64,000 nucleotides of DNA from the NCBI GenBank assembly GCA_039815375.1, contig JBCBZJ010000011.1, positions 1 to 64,000 of the forward strand. The letters run 5' to 3'. Both the position numbers and the translations under genes were made by a program. This stretch comes from Verrucomicrobiota bacterium (GTDB lineage: Bacteria > Verrucomicrobiota > Verrucomicrobiia > Opitutales > Coraliomargaritaceae). How positions within the stretch are numbered: the stretch's first letter is position 1; each line of letters starts with the position of its first letter. The notes beneath the pieces are model-generated. The model was not told the origin of the DNA. It ran no database searches and saw only the letters and a program-made list of their open reading frames with translations. Positions 26,708 through 36,663 of the stretch are shown in pieces.

Positions 26708-29700
26708 ATGTTCGAGAGACAAAAGCACACCCCGAGCTTTAGAAAAACAGCCTACACGGCGCTATTCAGCACTTTATTAACGCTTCATTTGCAGGCCGCA
26801 GACTTCTACGTAGCACCGAATGGTAACGATAATAACCCCGGCACGGAAGCGCAACCCTTTCAAACGCTTGAAGCTGCACGTGATGCCATTCGCCCTCTGA
26901 TTCAGACAGGTCTTAGTAATGACATCGAGGTGCTCATCCGCGGTGGTACCTACCCTGTTTCAGATACCATTGTCTTTGGCTTGGAAGACTCCGGCACAAC
27001 CGAACATAGAATAACCTACAAGGCTTATCCCGGCGAGCAGCCGGTTTTCGACGCAGGATTGCCCGTAACCGGATGGGAGCCGACTTTGGGAGCGAACCTG
27101 TCTCTAGATCCCAATGGAGTCGACCACGCCAACATCTACGTAGCGGATCTTCCTGAAGGTGCCACCTGGCCTCGAGTCGTGGTTGATGATTCCGGTATCC
27201 TACCACGCTCGAAAACTGCTGCTGTTCACCTTGGGTCTGAGTTCAAGAGTATTAAGGATGAGAACGGCAATAACGTGCACATCACCAAAAAAACCTTTAG
27301 CCTGACTGATGAAATGGTCACTTGGGCCCAGCAGGAAAACTACACCAACTGGGAGCTGTCTCTGGTTTGTCGTTTCAAGTGGACTTATGCTCAGCTGCCC
27401 GTGGCGTTCATCGACACCGAAAGAAGATATGGTTATACCGTCACACCAGGTGCGGGCGACTTGTCGCGAACCGGTGGCGGTGTCACCGGACAAATTCGTG
27501 AAAAGGAACAGGCATGGGTTGAGAATTCACTCGCCGGATTAGACGAGCCGGGTGAATGGGCCATTGATGTCGCTAACGGGAAAATCTACCTTTGGGCACG
27601 CGATAGTGGTGTTCCCGCCAACATCATTGCATCAGGCGATGTGGTTGAAATGGTCCTGATCGAAGGCGATATCGATTATGACGGTCCCACTGACATTCCC
27701 GTCATTGGACTTACCTTTGATGGACTATCGTTCGCCCACGCCAACCGGAAAGTATGGGACGAGGACCACCTAGGCTGGGAGCTCCAGCACTCCTGGGAAA
27801 TATTCGACGACGCGAGTGGTATGTTCCGTCTGCGCGGGGCGGATCACTGCCAGATCCTGAACTCCAGATTCTATGACAGTGGAGCGACAGGCATCCGCCT
27901 CGACCTGCATGCCCAATACAACGAGATAGAAGGTAACATCCTGGAAAACCTCGGCGGTGCTGGAATCATTTTGTCTGGTTACGGCCCGGGGACCAAGGAT
28001 GTGAACCGTAACAATTCCGTCCGCGATAACTATATTCATCACATCGGACTCCACCACGCCTCGCACATGGCGATCATGATCGAGCAGAGCGGATACAATC
28101 GCGTGTCCAACAATCTACTTCACGACACGCCCTATACTGCGCTAGGAGTCACAGGGCGGACCTCCTTCGACAACCCTGGCAGCCTCTGGAGCGAGGGATG
28201 GAAAACAGTACGTTGGGCAGAGCTACCCAACGATTTCGTAGAAAGCAATTATGATAAATTGCCGTATCTCCATGGACGATACAACGTAATCGAACGCAAT
28301 GAAATCCACACGGGCATGCAAAATCCCGCTTTGGGAGACGGCAACGCGATTTATGTCTCCGGCACCGGCGAAGGCAACGTCTTCCGTGAAAATTACATCC
28401 ACAGTTTTGAAACAGTCAACGGCATCATCCGCGCCGACGACAAACAGGAGGAATGCACCTTCGAACGCAACATTTGCACCGATTTCAAAGGACGAGGCAT
28501 CCTGTGGAAGGGGCAGAACATGATCGTAAACAACAACATCATCTACGACGTCGAAGAAATGGGCCAAGGCTACCTCGTGTTCAAGCATGACCCGGGCAAG
28601 GGCTTCCTCATGAACGGAGCCATCGCCAACAACAACATTTTCGTTCACGTCCGCGAGGAGTATAAAGACAGAGCCATCTATTCACAGGGGGATCACCAGG
28701 TTCTACTTGGAAATATTTTCCGTCGAATAGACATGGACAATAACGTTTATTGGCATCCAGACTATACAACTTGGGCCGATGAGGAAATTGCCAGAGGTCA
28801 AAATTTCGGCAGCGAGTTGAACAGCGTCTTTGCCGACCCGCTGTTCACGGATCCGGCCAACCACGATTTCTCACTCCATCCAAGCTCCCCTGCTCTCGCC
28901 CGCGGATTCGCTCCGATTGATCAGTCCATCATCGGCCTTGGCCACACCGATTCCCTGAGGACTGCTAACACAACTCCGGTCGCCGATTCGCAAACGCTGG
29001 ATGTCATCCGTGACGATCCAAACGGCATAACCCTGACCGGCTCCGACGCGGACAACGACTACCTCCTCTACATCGTCGTCACGCCCCCAGCCAACGGCAT
29101 TCTGAAAGGGGTCAACCATCGTTTGACCTACACCCCTAATGACGGCTACACTGGCCCTGATTCGTTCACTTTTCTGGTCGACGACGGTTTCGCGCAGTCC
29201 GCCACAGCCACCGTCACCCTCAACGTCATCGAATCGATCACCTACACTTGGACCGGGACTGCAGGCGATCTCGACTGGCACAATCCGGCCAACTGGGACA
29301 GTAACGGCATCCCGGTGGATAACTTTGTCTCCGGAGGCTGGATCACCACTGGCCTCACACTTCCCAAGCGAGCCAAAGTTATCTTCGACGGCTCCAACAT
29401 GCCAGCACAGCACATCAAGCCTTACTTCGGTGGATCCATCAGTGAAAACATTATCTACGACAGCCCAAGCTTTATAATCAAACGGGGCGGCACACTAACT
29501 ACCCGAGTCGAAGGCTACGACCAGGGGCTGTGGAGCGAGGCAGGCACAACCCGCACCTTACTCACAGTCGGCGACGGCATCGGTGGCGAGGGCGAAGATG
29601 TTGAGCTGTCACTGAATGTTGCCGGAACTCTAAACGAAAACGGTTCGGGGACTATGCATCATTTCCAAGTCAACTCAGACGGCACACTTAGAATTACTGG

Positions 29701-31057
29701 CAGCTTTGATTTCTCCTCAGACCCGACGAACCGATGGTCTATGATTACTATAAATGGAGGCGACGTGACATCGGAGAAAACAGTAAAAAACCTGATCGCC
29801 AACTCGAAGAGCTACATCGAGTTCACTGCAGTCGACGGTTCCTTCACAGCAGCACTGGGCGACGACTTTCCGGACGCTGCATCCGTTGTAAGTAGCTTAG
29901 GTACAGCCTTCGTCAATAATGCTGGAACGGGTCAGCTTGAAGTGGCCACTGACGAGACCTTATTTACAGTCCGACTAGCCTCTCACGAGGTGACCAATAT
30001 TGCCGATTTTGCGAATGATTTTCCCGATGCGGATGGCGATAACTTTGTCGGAACAGAAGAACCAGCAACAGGATGGGCCTACTACTGGAACCCCGGCGGT
30101 AGCACCGATCTGGACCCCGAAACCGAAACCTTTCATCCGGAAAACTTTCAAGCCCTTGAAGCCAACAGCGAAGAGGTCTCCAACAGTTTCTGGAATGACG
30201 GGATTTTTACTAATATGGGATCCGTCGCATTCAACGATATGGATCAGGGAAATTTCCAGTATGGTCGGGTCGGTGTTGCTGACTCGGGTTGGCATCCAGG
30301 AGCGAACAGTGGTCCGTATTACGCAATCGCGTCTTACACCATCCAGGCTGGTGAGGCCGGCGACATTGTTATCGACGGGTCGGTACACAACACCAACTCC
30401 AACGGCAATGGCGTGCGACTCGATGTGTGGGTAAACGATGCGCTCTCCGGTATCGCCAACATCACTTCCAATGGATCCGCTTCCGATTTCAACGGTTCTT
30501 TGGGAAACCTCTCGGCTGGCGATACCGTCACCATCACTCTTGGCAACCGCGGTGATAGTGGTGCCGATGCCAGTAATCTTCAGTTTGTCCTTGAGTTGGA
30601 TTCGTCTCCGATAACACCCGTTGAGAGTTTCCGTGCTCAGTATGGATTAGCGAGTAATGGCTCAGACGACACGGGCGACCTATCGGGAAACGGCCTCGCC
30701 AATATCACCTACTTCCTCTTTGGCCTCGGCGATCCGCATACAAATAACGTTCCAAACTTGATCTATGGCACAGATAGCGCTGACACCTCTGGACTACCTG
30801 TAATAAAACGTGAAACCGATGCCTCGTTGACCTTCAGTTACGTACGTCACAAGACGCAGACTGATTATGCCTATGTTGTCATGACCAGTAACAATCTGGC
30901 CGACTGGGAAGATATCGAGCTCGTCGAAACGCCCTACCGCCCAACTAATACTAGCATTGAGAGTCTCGACAACAATTACGAATTTTGCCACCTCAGCTTC
31001 GCATTTGAAGGCAGTTCACGCTTTATCAGGATCGAACTTCAACCTGTAGAAAATTGA
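26708..31057 (+). CDS. Multimodular GH141-like right-handed beta-helix glycoside hydrolase (putative alpha-L-fucosidase) with Ig/cadherin-like, unknown and C-terminal export-like modules
   Basis: FYVAPNGNDNNPGTEAQPFQTLEAARDAIR, IRGGTY, DSGT..HRITYKAYPGEQP, VENSLAGLDEPGEW, DGNAIY, SVFADPLFTDPANHDFSLHPSSPA; then Ig-like TYTPNDGYTGPDSFTF. Confidence 0.8.
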   Translation: MFERQKHTPSFRKTAYTALFSTLLTLHLQAADFYVAPNGNDNNPGTEAQPFQTLEAARDAIRPLIQTGLSNDIEVLIRGGTYPVSDTIVFGLEDSGTTEHRITYKAYPGEQPVFDAGLPVTGWEPTLGANLSLDPNGVDHANIYVADLPEGATWPRVVVDDSGILPRSKTAAVHLGSEFKSIKDENGNNVHITKKTFSLTDEMVTWAQQENYTNWELSLVCRFKWTYAQLPVAFIDTERRYGYTVTPGAGDLSRTGGGVTGQIREKEQAWVENSLAGLDEPGEWAIDVANGKIYLWARDSGVPANIIASGDVVEMVLIEGDIDYDGPTDIPVIGLTFDGLSFAHANRKVWDEDHLGWELQHSWEIFDDASGMFRLRGADHCQILNSRFYDSGATGIRLDLHAQYNEIEGNILENLGGAGIILSGYGPGTKDVNRNNSVRDNYIHHIGLHHASHMAIMIEQSGYNRVSNNLLHDTPYTALGVTGRTSFDNPGSLWSEGWKTVRWAELPNDFVESNYDKLPYLHGRYNVIERNEIHTGMQNPALGDGNAIYVSGTGEGNVFRENYIHSFETVNGIIRADDKQEECTFERNICTDFKGRGILWKGQNMIVNNNIIYDVEEMGQGYLVFKHDPGKGFLMNGAIANNNIFVHVREEYKDRAIYSQGDHQVLLGNIFRRIDMDNNVYWHPDYTTWADEEIARGQNFGSELNSVFADPLFTDPANHDFSLHPSSPALARGFAPIDQSIIGLGHTDSLRTANTTPVADSQTLDVIRDDPNGITLTGSDADNDYLLYIVVTPPANGILKGVNHRLTYTPNDGYTGPDSFTFLVDDGFAQSATATVTLNVIESITYTWTGTAGDLDWHNPANWDSNGIPVDNFVSGGWITTGLTLPKRAKVIFDGSNMPAQHIKPYFGGSISENIIYDSPSFIIKRGGTLTTRVEGYDQGLWSEAGTTRTLLTVGDGIGGEGEDVELSLNVAGTLNENGSGTMHHFQVNSDGTLRITGSFDFSSDPTNRWSMITINGGDVTSEKTVKNLIANSKSYIEFTAVDGSFTAALGDDFPDAASVVSSLGTAFVNNAGTGQLEVATDETLFTVRLASHEVTNIADFANDFPDADGDNFVGTEEPATGWAYYWNPGGSTDLDPETETFHPENFQALEANSEEVSNSFWNDGIFTNMGSVAFNDMDQGNFQYGRVGVADSGWHPGANSGPYYAIASYTIQAGEAGDIVIDGSVHNTNSNGNGVRLDVWVNDALSGIANITSNGSASDFNGSLGNLSAGDTVTITLGNRGDSGADASNLQFVLELDSSPITPVESFRAQYGLASNGSDDTGDLSGNGLANITYFLFGLGDPHTNNVPNLIYGTDSADTSGLPVIKRETDASLTFSYVRHKTQTDYAYVVMTSNNLADWEDIELVETPYRPTNTSIESLDNNYEFCHLSFAFEGSSRFIRIELQPVEN

Positions 31058-31136
31058 AGAAAGCGAAGACAGGGTTGTTTTCATAGGCACAAACCACCCC
31101 TCAAACAACCCCACAACCTTTTGTAGAAGATACAAA

Positions 31137-34100
31137 ATGAACAAATCCTTTTTTTCTACACTGCTTGGTCTATTCATCGCCACTTTAAGCCTAAATGCTC
31201 AGTCCGTCGAAAAATGGGACTGCTTCGAAATAAGCTTTGCCGGCCCATCAAGCGGTAATCCTTATGTCGAGGTGACTCTCGACGCTACCTTTAGCAAAGG
31301 AAGCACCAGTATTACGGTTCCCGGTTTCTATGATGGAAATGGAATTTATAAAATCCGTTTTATGCCGCACTCTGAAGGTGTTTGGTCTTATGTCACTTCC
31401 AGCAGTGCATCCGTTCTGAATGGTCAGACCGGCTCGTTTACCTGCGTGCCGCCTACCGGAAACAATCGCGGCCCGGTAGGTGTGCGAGACACCTTTCATT
31501 TCCAATATGAAGACGGTACTCCCTACTTTGAGAATGGCACTACGGTCTACGGATGGATCAACCAGACCACTGCCCTGCAGGATCTGACCCTGCAAACCCT
31601 CAGTCAACACAGATTCAACAAACTGAGGATATGCATATTCCCGAAATCATTCGACTACGGGAACGATGTAGAGCCTGAGCATTACCCGGTGGAAGGCACC
31701 CTAGAGAACTGGGATTTTACCCGTTTCAATCCCAACTTTTGGCATAATTTGGAAATGCGTTTGGATCAACTCCAGGATCTCGGAATCGAAGCAGATATCA
31801 TCGTCATGCATCCCTATGATTCTCACAACGGTTTGACTTTCGGATTCAAAAACAACCAAACCCAGGAAGAACTAGAGCGCTACTGGGCCTACATGATCGC
31901 GCGGCTCTCATGCTATCGCAACGTATGGTGGTCCATGGCCAACGAGTATCACCTGGTTGGGTTAGGCGATGATTTTTGGGATGATATGGGCATCTTTTTT
32001 CAAAACAATGACCCCTACGACCACCTCAGAAGCATTCATAATTATCCCGGAAACGTTTTCAACCAGAACCAACCATGGATCACACACGTGAGTTACCAGG
32101 GCAATCCCGTCGAGGTAAAAGACGGAGCGCTCCAACTTCGTAATAAATACCAAAAACCCATAGTCTATGACGAGGCCAGGTATGAGGGAGATGTTGCTAG
32201 TAGCTGGGGCCGATTGACCGGCGAGGAGATGACTCAACGCTACTGGGAGGGAACTGTTCGCGGCGTTTACATGGGGCACGGCGAGTGTTACCTTTCGCCG
32301 GACAATATTCTTTGGTGGTCGCGAGGAGGCAGCTTAAAAGGCACCAGCCCAGCACGTATCGATTGGTTCGATACACTCATGAATCATATCCCCGAGAAGA
32401 AACTCGAACCCGTCAGCGGCAATGACCTGGCCGGCCAAAAGGGAGACGATTACTTCCTATATTACTATAGCGACGAAACCGCCACCAGTCGTTCTTACAG
32501 CATGCCAGCCAACATCGACTACAGGGTGAGCTTGCTTGATACGTGGAATATGACGATAACCGACATGGGTGTTCAGTCAGGCGACTTTTCCATCTCTATG
32601 CCCAACGACCCCTACTTGGCAGTGCAGATGTATAAGGCGGGAACAGAGCCCACTTCGCCGACCTTTGTAATCGATTCATTCACCACGACTAAAGCCTACA
32701 GTGGAAATGCTTACACAGGTTCCATCGCGGATAGAGCCTTTGACCCAAATGGAGATACCGTTAGCTACTTAAAGACCTCCGGACCAGGATGGTTGAGTGT
32801 CGCTGCGGATGGCACGCTAAGTGGAACGCCCTCCAACGCAGATATCGGAAGCAATATCTTCAGCGTGGAAGTTTCGAATACCAATGGCGAGAGCGATATC
32901 GCGACGATGACGATTCTGGTCGTCTCCGCCAGTGAATCCCTCATTCAATCCGACGATTTCGAAAGTGGTTTTGGCAACTGGGCAAGTGGAGGTGCTCGAT
33001 GCATACGGGTAGAGAACAATGATGGAAGTTACAGAATCAGAGTCATTCAAAAAGGAAACGATTCTACACTCTCAAGCACCCATGATCTTCCGCTAGATGG
33101 CTATACCGAGGTGACAGTGGAATATACCTTCAGTTTAGCCAACCTAGAAAGTGGAGAAGGACACACATTGGAGATGTCTACCAACAGCGGAGCGAGTTGG
33201 ACTAGAGTGCACAAAATTGGGCGAGGGAAATCGACAAGCGACGACCCGCGTAACTGGATAACTTATGTCGACGAGAGAGTTACGATTACTGATTATATCC
33301 TGACAAATCAAACTCGATTCCGTTTTTCAGGTAATGCTAATGGTGCAGCTAAAGAATTCTCGACTTTAGATGACATTCGCATCTATGCATCTGGTAGTAT
33401 CAACGGAGGCCCGACACCGCCAAACAGCCCACCTGTCTTCAACGTCGATCCGATCAATGGGTCCAACGCTAGCGAAGACCTAGCCTACAGTGATACGATT
33501 GCGAGCAGTGTAACCGATCCAGACGGGAATACCCTGACTTACAGCAAGAGCGGTCGCGATAGTGGACCCGGAACGGACTGGCTAGTTATCGCTGCGGACG
33601 GAACCCTAGCTGGAACGCCCTCCTCTTCCGAAGTCGGCACCCATTCTTGGACCGTCGAGGTCGATGATGGTAACGGAGGCATGGATACCGCGACTCTTAG
33701 TATCGTGGTCAATCCGGTTAGCCAAATAATCGTGATTGCCGATTTTGTAGACGATTTCCCAGAATCGAGCGGCGACGGCTTCCAAAACAATGAAGGCGAG
33801 AAAATTGTCGGTTGGGACTATCTCTGGAATCCCGGAGGCGTATTGGCTGATGCCGCAAATTACGTCTCCTTGTCTCCAAATACCATAGAGACAAGTCGGG
33901 ACTTTTGGGACGAAGGTATTTTCACTTCAAACGGCAGTCTGGCATTCAATGACGTCGGCCAGGGGGATTTTCGTTGGGGCCGCGTTGGAACCAATACGAA
34001 CGGGCTACACCCGGGCGGAGGTGAAACTGGAGACTTCCGTGCGATCGCCGCATACACGCTTCAAGATGGGGAAGCGGGGACAGTTTCTATCACCAACAGC

Positions 34101-34643
34101 TTTGTCGAAAGAGGCAATTTCGGAGGTCAAGTAGCCCTCGATATCTACGTAAATGACACCTTTAAATGGAGCGTAATCTCGGTAGGCGATTATGTCGATT
34201 TTGACGGTGATTTGGGTGAGCTAGAAATCGGTGACACCGTCTACGTAATGTTGGGTAAGGGCAATGATGGCTTCGTGAAAGATGCTAGTGCGTTAGATTT
34301 CACACTGGAATCCACGACTGGGCAGAGTAGCTTCACGGCTCCAGAAGTATTACTGGGTCCCAACACTTCAGTAGGCTTCTCACAACTTACGCCATCAGCG
34401 GACGGATATTTGGTCTTTAGCTATGTGCGGCACGGAGATGAGTCGAAATACGACCATATCGTTTTAACCAGCGATAATTTGATCGAATGGAACGATATTG
34501 GAGACATCGACACACTGCATCGCCCAGTGCATTTAATCACTGAGAGTTTCAATGATGAGTATGACGTTCACCATCTCTTCTTCACATCAGAGTCGGAGTC
34601 GTTTTTTGTTAAGGTTCAAGTAGTCGAATTTGCTTCATTCTAA
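31137..34643 (+). CDS. DUF5060-DUF4038-DUF5605 putative glycoside hydrolase with two putative Ig (He_PIG-like) domains, an unknown module and a C-terminal export-like domain
   Basis: VEKWDCFEISFAGPSSGNPY, GFYDGNGIYKIRFMP, GTTVYGW, FNKLRICIFPK, WWSMANEY, YDEARYEG, GHGECY; WLSVAADGTLSGTP-type repeat twice. Confidence 0.82.
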   Translation: MNKSFFSTLLGLFIATLSLNAQSVEKWDCFEISFAGPSSGNPYVEVTLDATFSKGSTSITVPGFYDGNGIYKIRFMPHSEGVWSYVTSSSASVLNGQTGSFTCVPPTGNNRGPVGVRDTFHFQYEDGTPYFENGTTVYGWINQTTALQDLTLQTLSQHRFNKLRICIFPKSFDYGNDVEPEHYPVEGTLENWDFTRFNPNFWHNLEMRLDQLQDLGIEADIIVMHPYDSHNGLTFGFKNNQTQEELERYWAYMIARLSCYRNVWWSMANEYHLVGLGDDFWDDMGIFFQNNDPYDHLRSIHNYPGNVFNQNQPWITHVSYQGNPVEVKDGALQLRNKYQKPIVYDEARYEGDVASSWGRLTGEEMTQRYWEGTVRGVYMGHGECYLSPDNILWWSRGGSLKGTSPARIDWFDTLMNHIPEKKLEPVSGNDLAGQKGDDYFLYYYSDETATSRSYSMPANIDYRVSLLDTWNMTITDMGVQSGDFSISMPNDPYLAVQMYKAGTEPTSPTFVIDSFTTTKAYSGNAYTGSIADRAFDPNGDTVSYLKTSGPGWLSVAADGTLSGTPSNADIGSNIFSVEVSNTNGESDIATMTILVVSASESLIQSDDFESGFGNWASGGARCIRVENNDGSYRIRVIQKGNDSTLSSTHDLPLDGYTEVTVEYTFSLANLESGEGHTLEMSTNSGASWTRVHKIGRGKSTSDDPRNWITYVDERVTITDYILTNQTRFRFSGNANGAAKEFSTLDDIRIYASGSINGGPTPPNSPPVFNVDPINGSNASEDLAYSDTIASSVTDPDGNTLTYSKSGRDSGPGTDWLVIAADGTLAGTPSSSEVGTHSWTVEVDDGNGGMDTATLSIVVNPVSQIIVIADFVDDFPESSGDGFQNNEGEKIVGWDYLWNPGGVLADAANYVSLSPNTIETSRDFWDEGIFTSNGSLAFNDVGQGDFRWGRVGTNTNGLHPGGGETGDFRAIAAYTLQDGEAGTVSITNSFVERGNFGGQVALDIYVNDTFKWSVISVGDYVDFDGDLGELEIGDTVYVMLGKGNDGFVKDASALDFTLESTTGQSSFTAPEVLLGPNTSVGFSQLTPSADGYLVFSYVRHGDESKYDHIVLTSDNLIEWNDIGDIDTLHRPVHLITESFNDEYDVHHLFFTSESESFFVKVQVVEFASF

Positions 34644-34798
34644 GGCTTAGCACTGCCCGTATTTGAGAAATCAATTACTTCGCGCCCAAGTGAATGCAGT
34701 GTCGAGGATTTGGATATCAACGACGACTTCCATCATCTACACTTTCTGATCGAAAGCGGTGCCCGGTTCGACAAATCGTTCTCGAACCGGCAAATTAA
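34644..34798 (+). pseudogene. Frameshifted remnant of a third copy of the C-terminal domain
   Basis: Reads RPSECSVEDLDINDDFHHLHFLIESGARF, a 1-nt deletion, then QIVLEPAN*. This aligns with RPTNTSIESLDNNYEFCHLSFAFEGSSRFIRIELQPVEN* of the 26708 protein. Confidence 0.75.
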
Positions 34799-34936
34799 GG
34801 CACCTGCACTGGAGATTATATAGCCCAATAATTCTTCGGTCAGTCGGTTTTGTCTAAATAGTAACGATGGCAGTAAACCGGAGGTCGTTTAATTCCGATG
34901 AGACAGGCTTAACGCGCAATAGGCATGCCGCAAGAC

Positions 34937-34981
34937 ATGGTTAAATGACCGAATGACACACTTTAAGGAATCTGATAGAAT
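34937..34981 (+). promoter_or_regulatory. Degenerate palindromic operator plus sigma70-like promoter
   Basis: ATGGTTAAATGACCGA (34937-34952), ATGACA, 17 bp, TAGAAT with a TG extension. Confidence 0.62.
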
Positions 34982-35051
34982 AATTTACATTGCTGCATAC
35001 TGTACGATAAGTGATGGTCTGCTCTTCTTCCGCCCCGTTGACATAAACTCC

Positions 35052-36578
35052 ATGAAATTGTTGATCTGTATTTGTCTGCTCCTAACTTCTGTTGCGGCCT
35101 TTGCATCCGCTAAGCCCAATATCATAGTCATTCTCGCTGATGACTTGGGCTATGCTGATGTCGGCTTCCACGATATCGTTGCGGACGGAATCCATACACC
35201 GAACCTCGACCGGCTGGCTGATTCCGGCACCGTATTTCACAATGCGTATTCTTCCTCTCCAATCTGCAGTGGTGCAAGGCTGTCACTGCAAACCGGACGC
35301 TATGGACAACGCTGGGGTGCCTATTTCTATAACGAGGGAGGGCTGCCGAATGAAGAGCAATCCATATCGGAAATGCTGCTCGAAGCCGGATACTCCACCA
35401 TGAAGGTGGGCAAGACGCATCTCAACAAAGGTCCTAAGGAACACCCGTTAAAACACGGGTTCGAGCACTGGCTCGGCTTTATCCATCACTCTTGGGATTT
35501 TCATTTGCTTAGCAGTAAAGATGTCACCGCCTATGATCGAAAAAGGAAGGGCAGCGCACGTGCATTCAGAACATCACCGATCGGCCCCCTAACCCGCGAT
35601 AACAATAAGAAGGAGTCCTACGAGGGGATGACGACAACCGAGGTCTTCGCCAACGAAGCCTGTAAATTCGTAGCTGCTCAGAGCACCGACAAACCATTTT
35701 ACCTGCAACTCGAATTCAACGCTGTTCATACGGTCATGACCCGTCCACCGAACAAGGAACTGGCAAAAAAATACAACTTGCCGGAACGCCCCTTCGACCG
35801 TGATGCCGAAGTTTGGGAGTTTCCAATTTGGGATCCAGTTGCGCAGGAGGGCAAAAACGTCGACTGGTATAAAAAAGTCGCGCATCTCGGTGCACTCGAT
35901 CCCTATGGCCGTAAACTCTATCTGGCATACTTAGAGGAGATGGACGCAGCAATCGGCAGGTTGATGCAAACGTTGGCAGAAACCGGCCAGACAGAAAATA
36001 CCATCGTTTTCTTCTCATCGGACAACGGCGGCTCAGATCAGTCTTATGCAAACAACGGTCCACTCAATGCCTACAAATACTGCCTGATGGACGGCGGCAT
36101 TAAAGTGCCCATGATCCTTTCCTGGCCCGGGAATTTGCCGCCTAACGAAAAAGTGGATGCAGTTGTAACACATCGCGATCTCTTCCCTACCCTCGCAGAT
36201 ATCACCGAGCTTAGCCCCAAAGGGACCTTGGACGGGAAGAGTCTGATGCCCCTAATTATGGGTAAGGTTGACCGCCTGCACGAGAATCCCATCTTCTGGG
36301 ACGCCGGCAGACAAGGCAACTGGGTCGCACGTCAGGGAAAATGGAAACTCGTTCGAGCCAATCTAAAGCGCTACAAATCCTACGAACTCGACAGCAATGG
36401 CTTAGTCACTGAATTCAATACGGTTATTGTCCCCAAAGGCCTTCGGCTGTATGATATGGAAGCTGATCCAGGCGAAACAAAGGATTTAAGTAAAGAAATG
36501 CCCGAAAAGGTAGCCTCACTTCAAAAGGAATACGACAACTGGCGTGCACAGATGGCCAACCCGGGAAGAGCTAAGTAA
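35052..36578 (+). CDS. Secreted S1 sulfatase (start revised to ATG 35052)
   Basis: KPNIIVILADDLGYADVG, CSGARLSLQTG, GKTHL, SSDNGG, DGGIKVP, LYDMEADPGE. Confidence 0.95.
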   Translation: MKLLICICLLLTSVAAFASAKPNIIVILADDLGYADVGFHDIVADGIHTPNLDRLADSGTVFHNAYSSSPICSGARLSLQTGRYGQRWGAYFYNEGGLPNEEQSISEMLLEAGYSTMKVGKTHLNKGPKEHPLKHGFEHWLGFIHHSWDFHLLSSKDVTAYDRKRKGSARAFRTSPIGPLTRDNNKKESYEGMTTTEVFANEACKFVAAQSTDKPFYLQLEFNAVHTVMTRPPNKELAKKYNLPERPFDRDAEVWEFPIWDPVAQEGKNVDWYKKVAHLGALDPYGRKLYLAYLEEMDAAIGRLMQTLAETGQTENTIVFFSSDNGGSDQSYANNGPLNAYKYCLMDGGIKVPMILSWPGNLPPNEKVDAVVTHRDLFPTLADITELSPKGTLDGKSLMPLIMGKVDRLHENPIFWDAGRQGNWVARQGKWKLVRANLKRYKSYELDSNGLVTEFNTVIVPKGLRLYDMEADPGETKDLSKEMPEKVASLQKEYDNWRAQMANPGRAK

Positions 36579-36663
36579 TCATAAATAAAGTTCTGCCCAA
36601 GAAAATAGCCTGCATTACTGTCGCAAGCGATGGATTCAATACCCCAAAACCAAGTCTATAATT

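Noticed and set aside
31072..31111. GGGTTGTTT...AAACAACCC inverted repeat between the two large enzymes
   Set aside because: It has a large loop and no U-tract. It may be an mRNA stability hairpin but is not supportable as a terminator.
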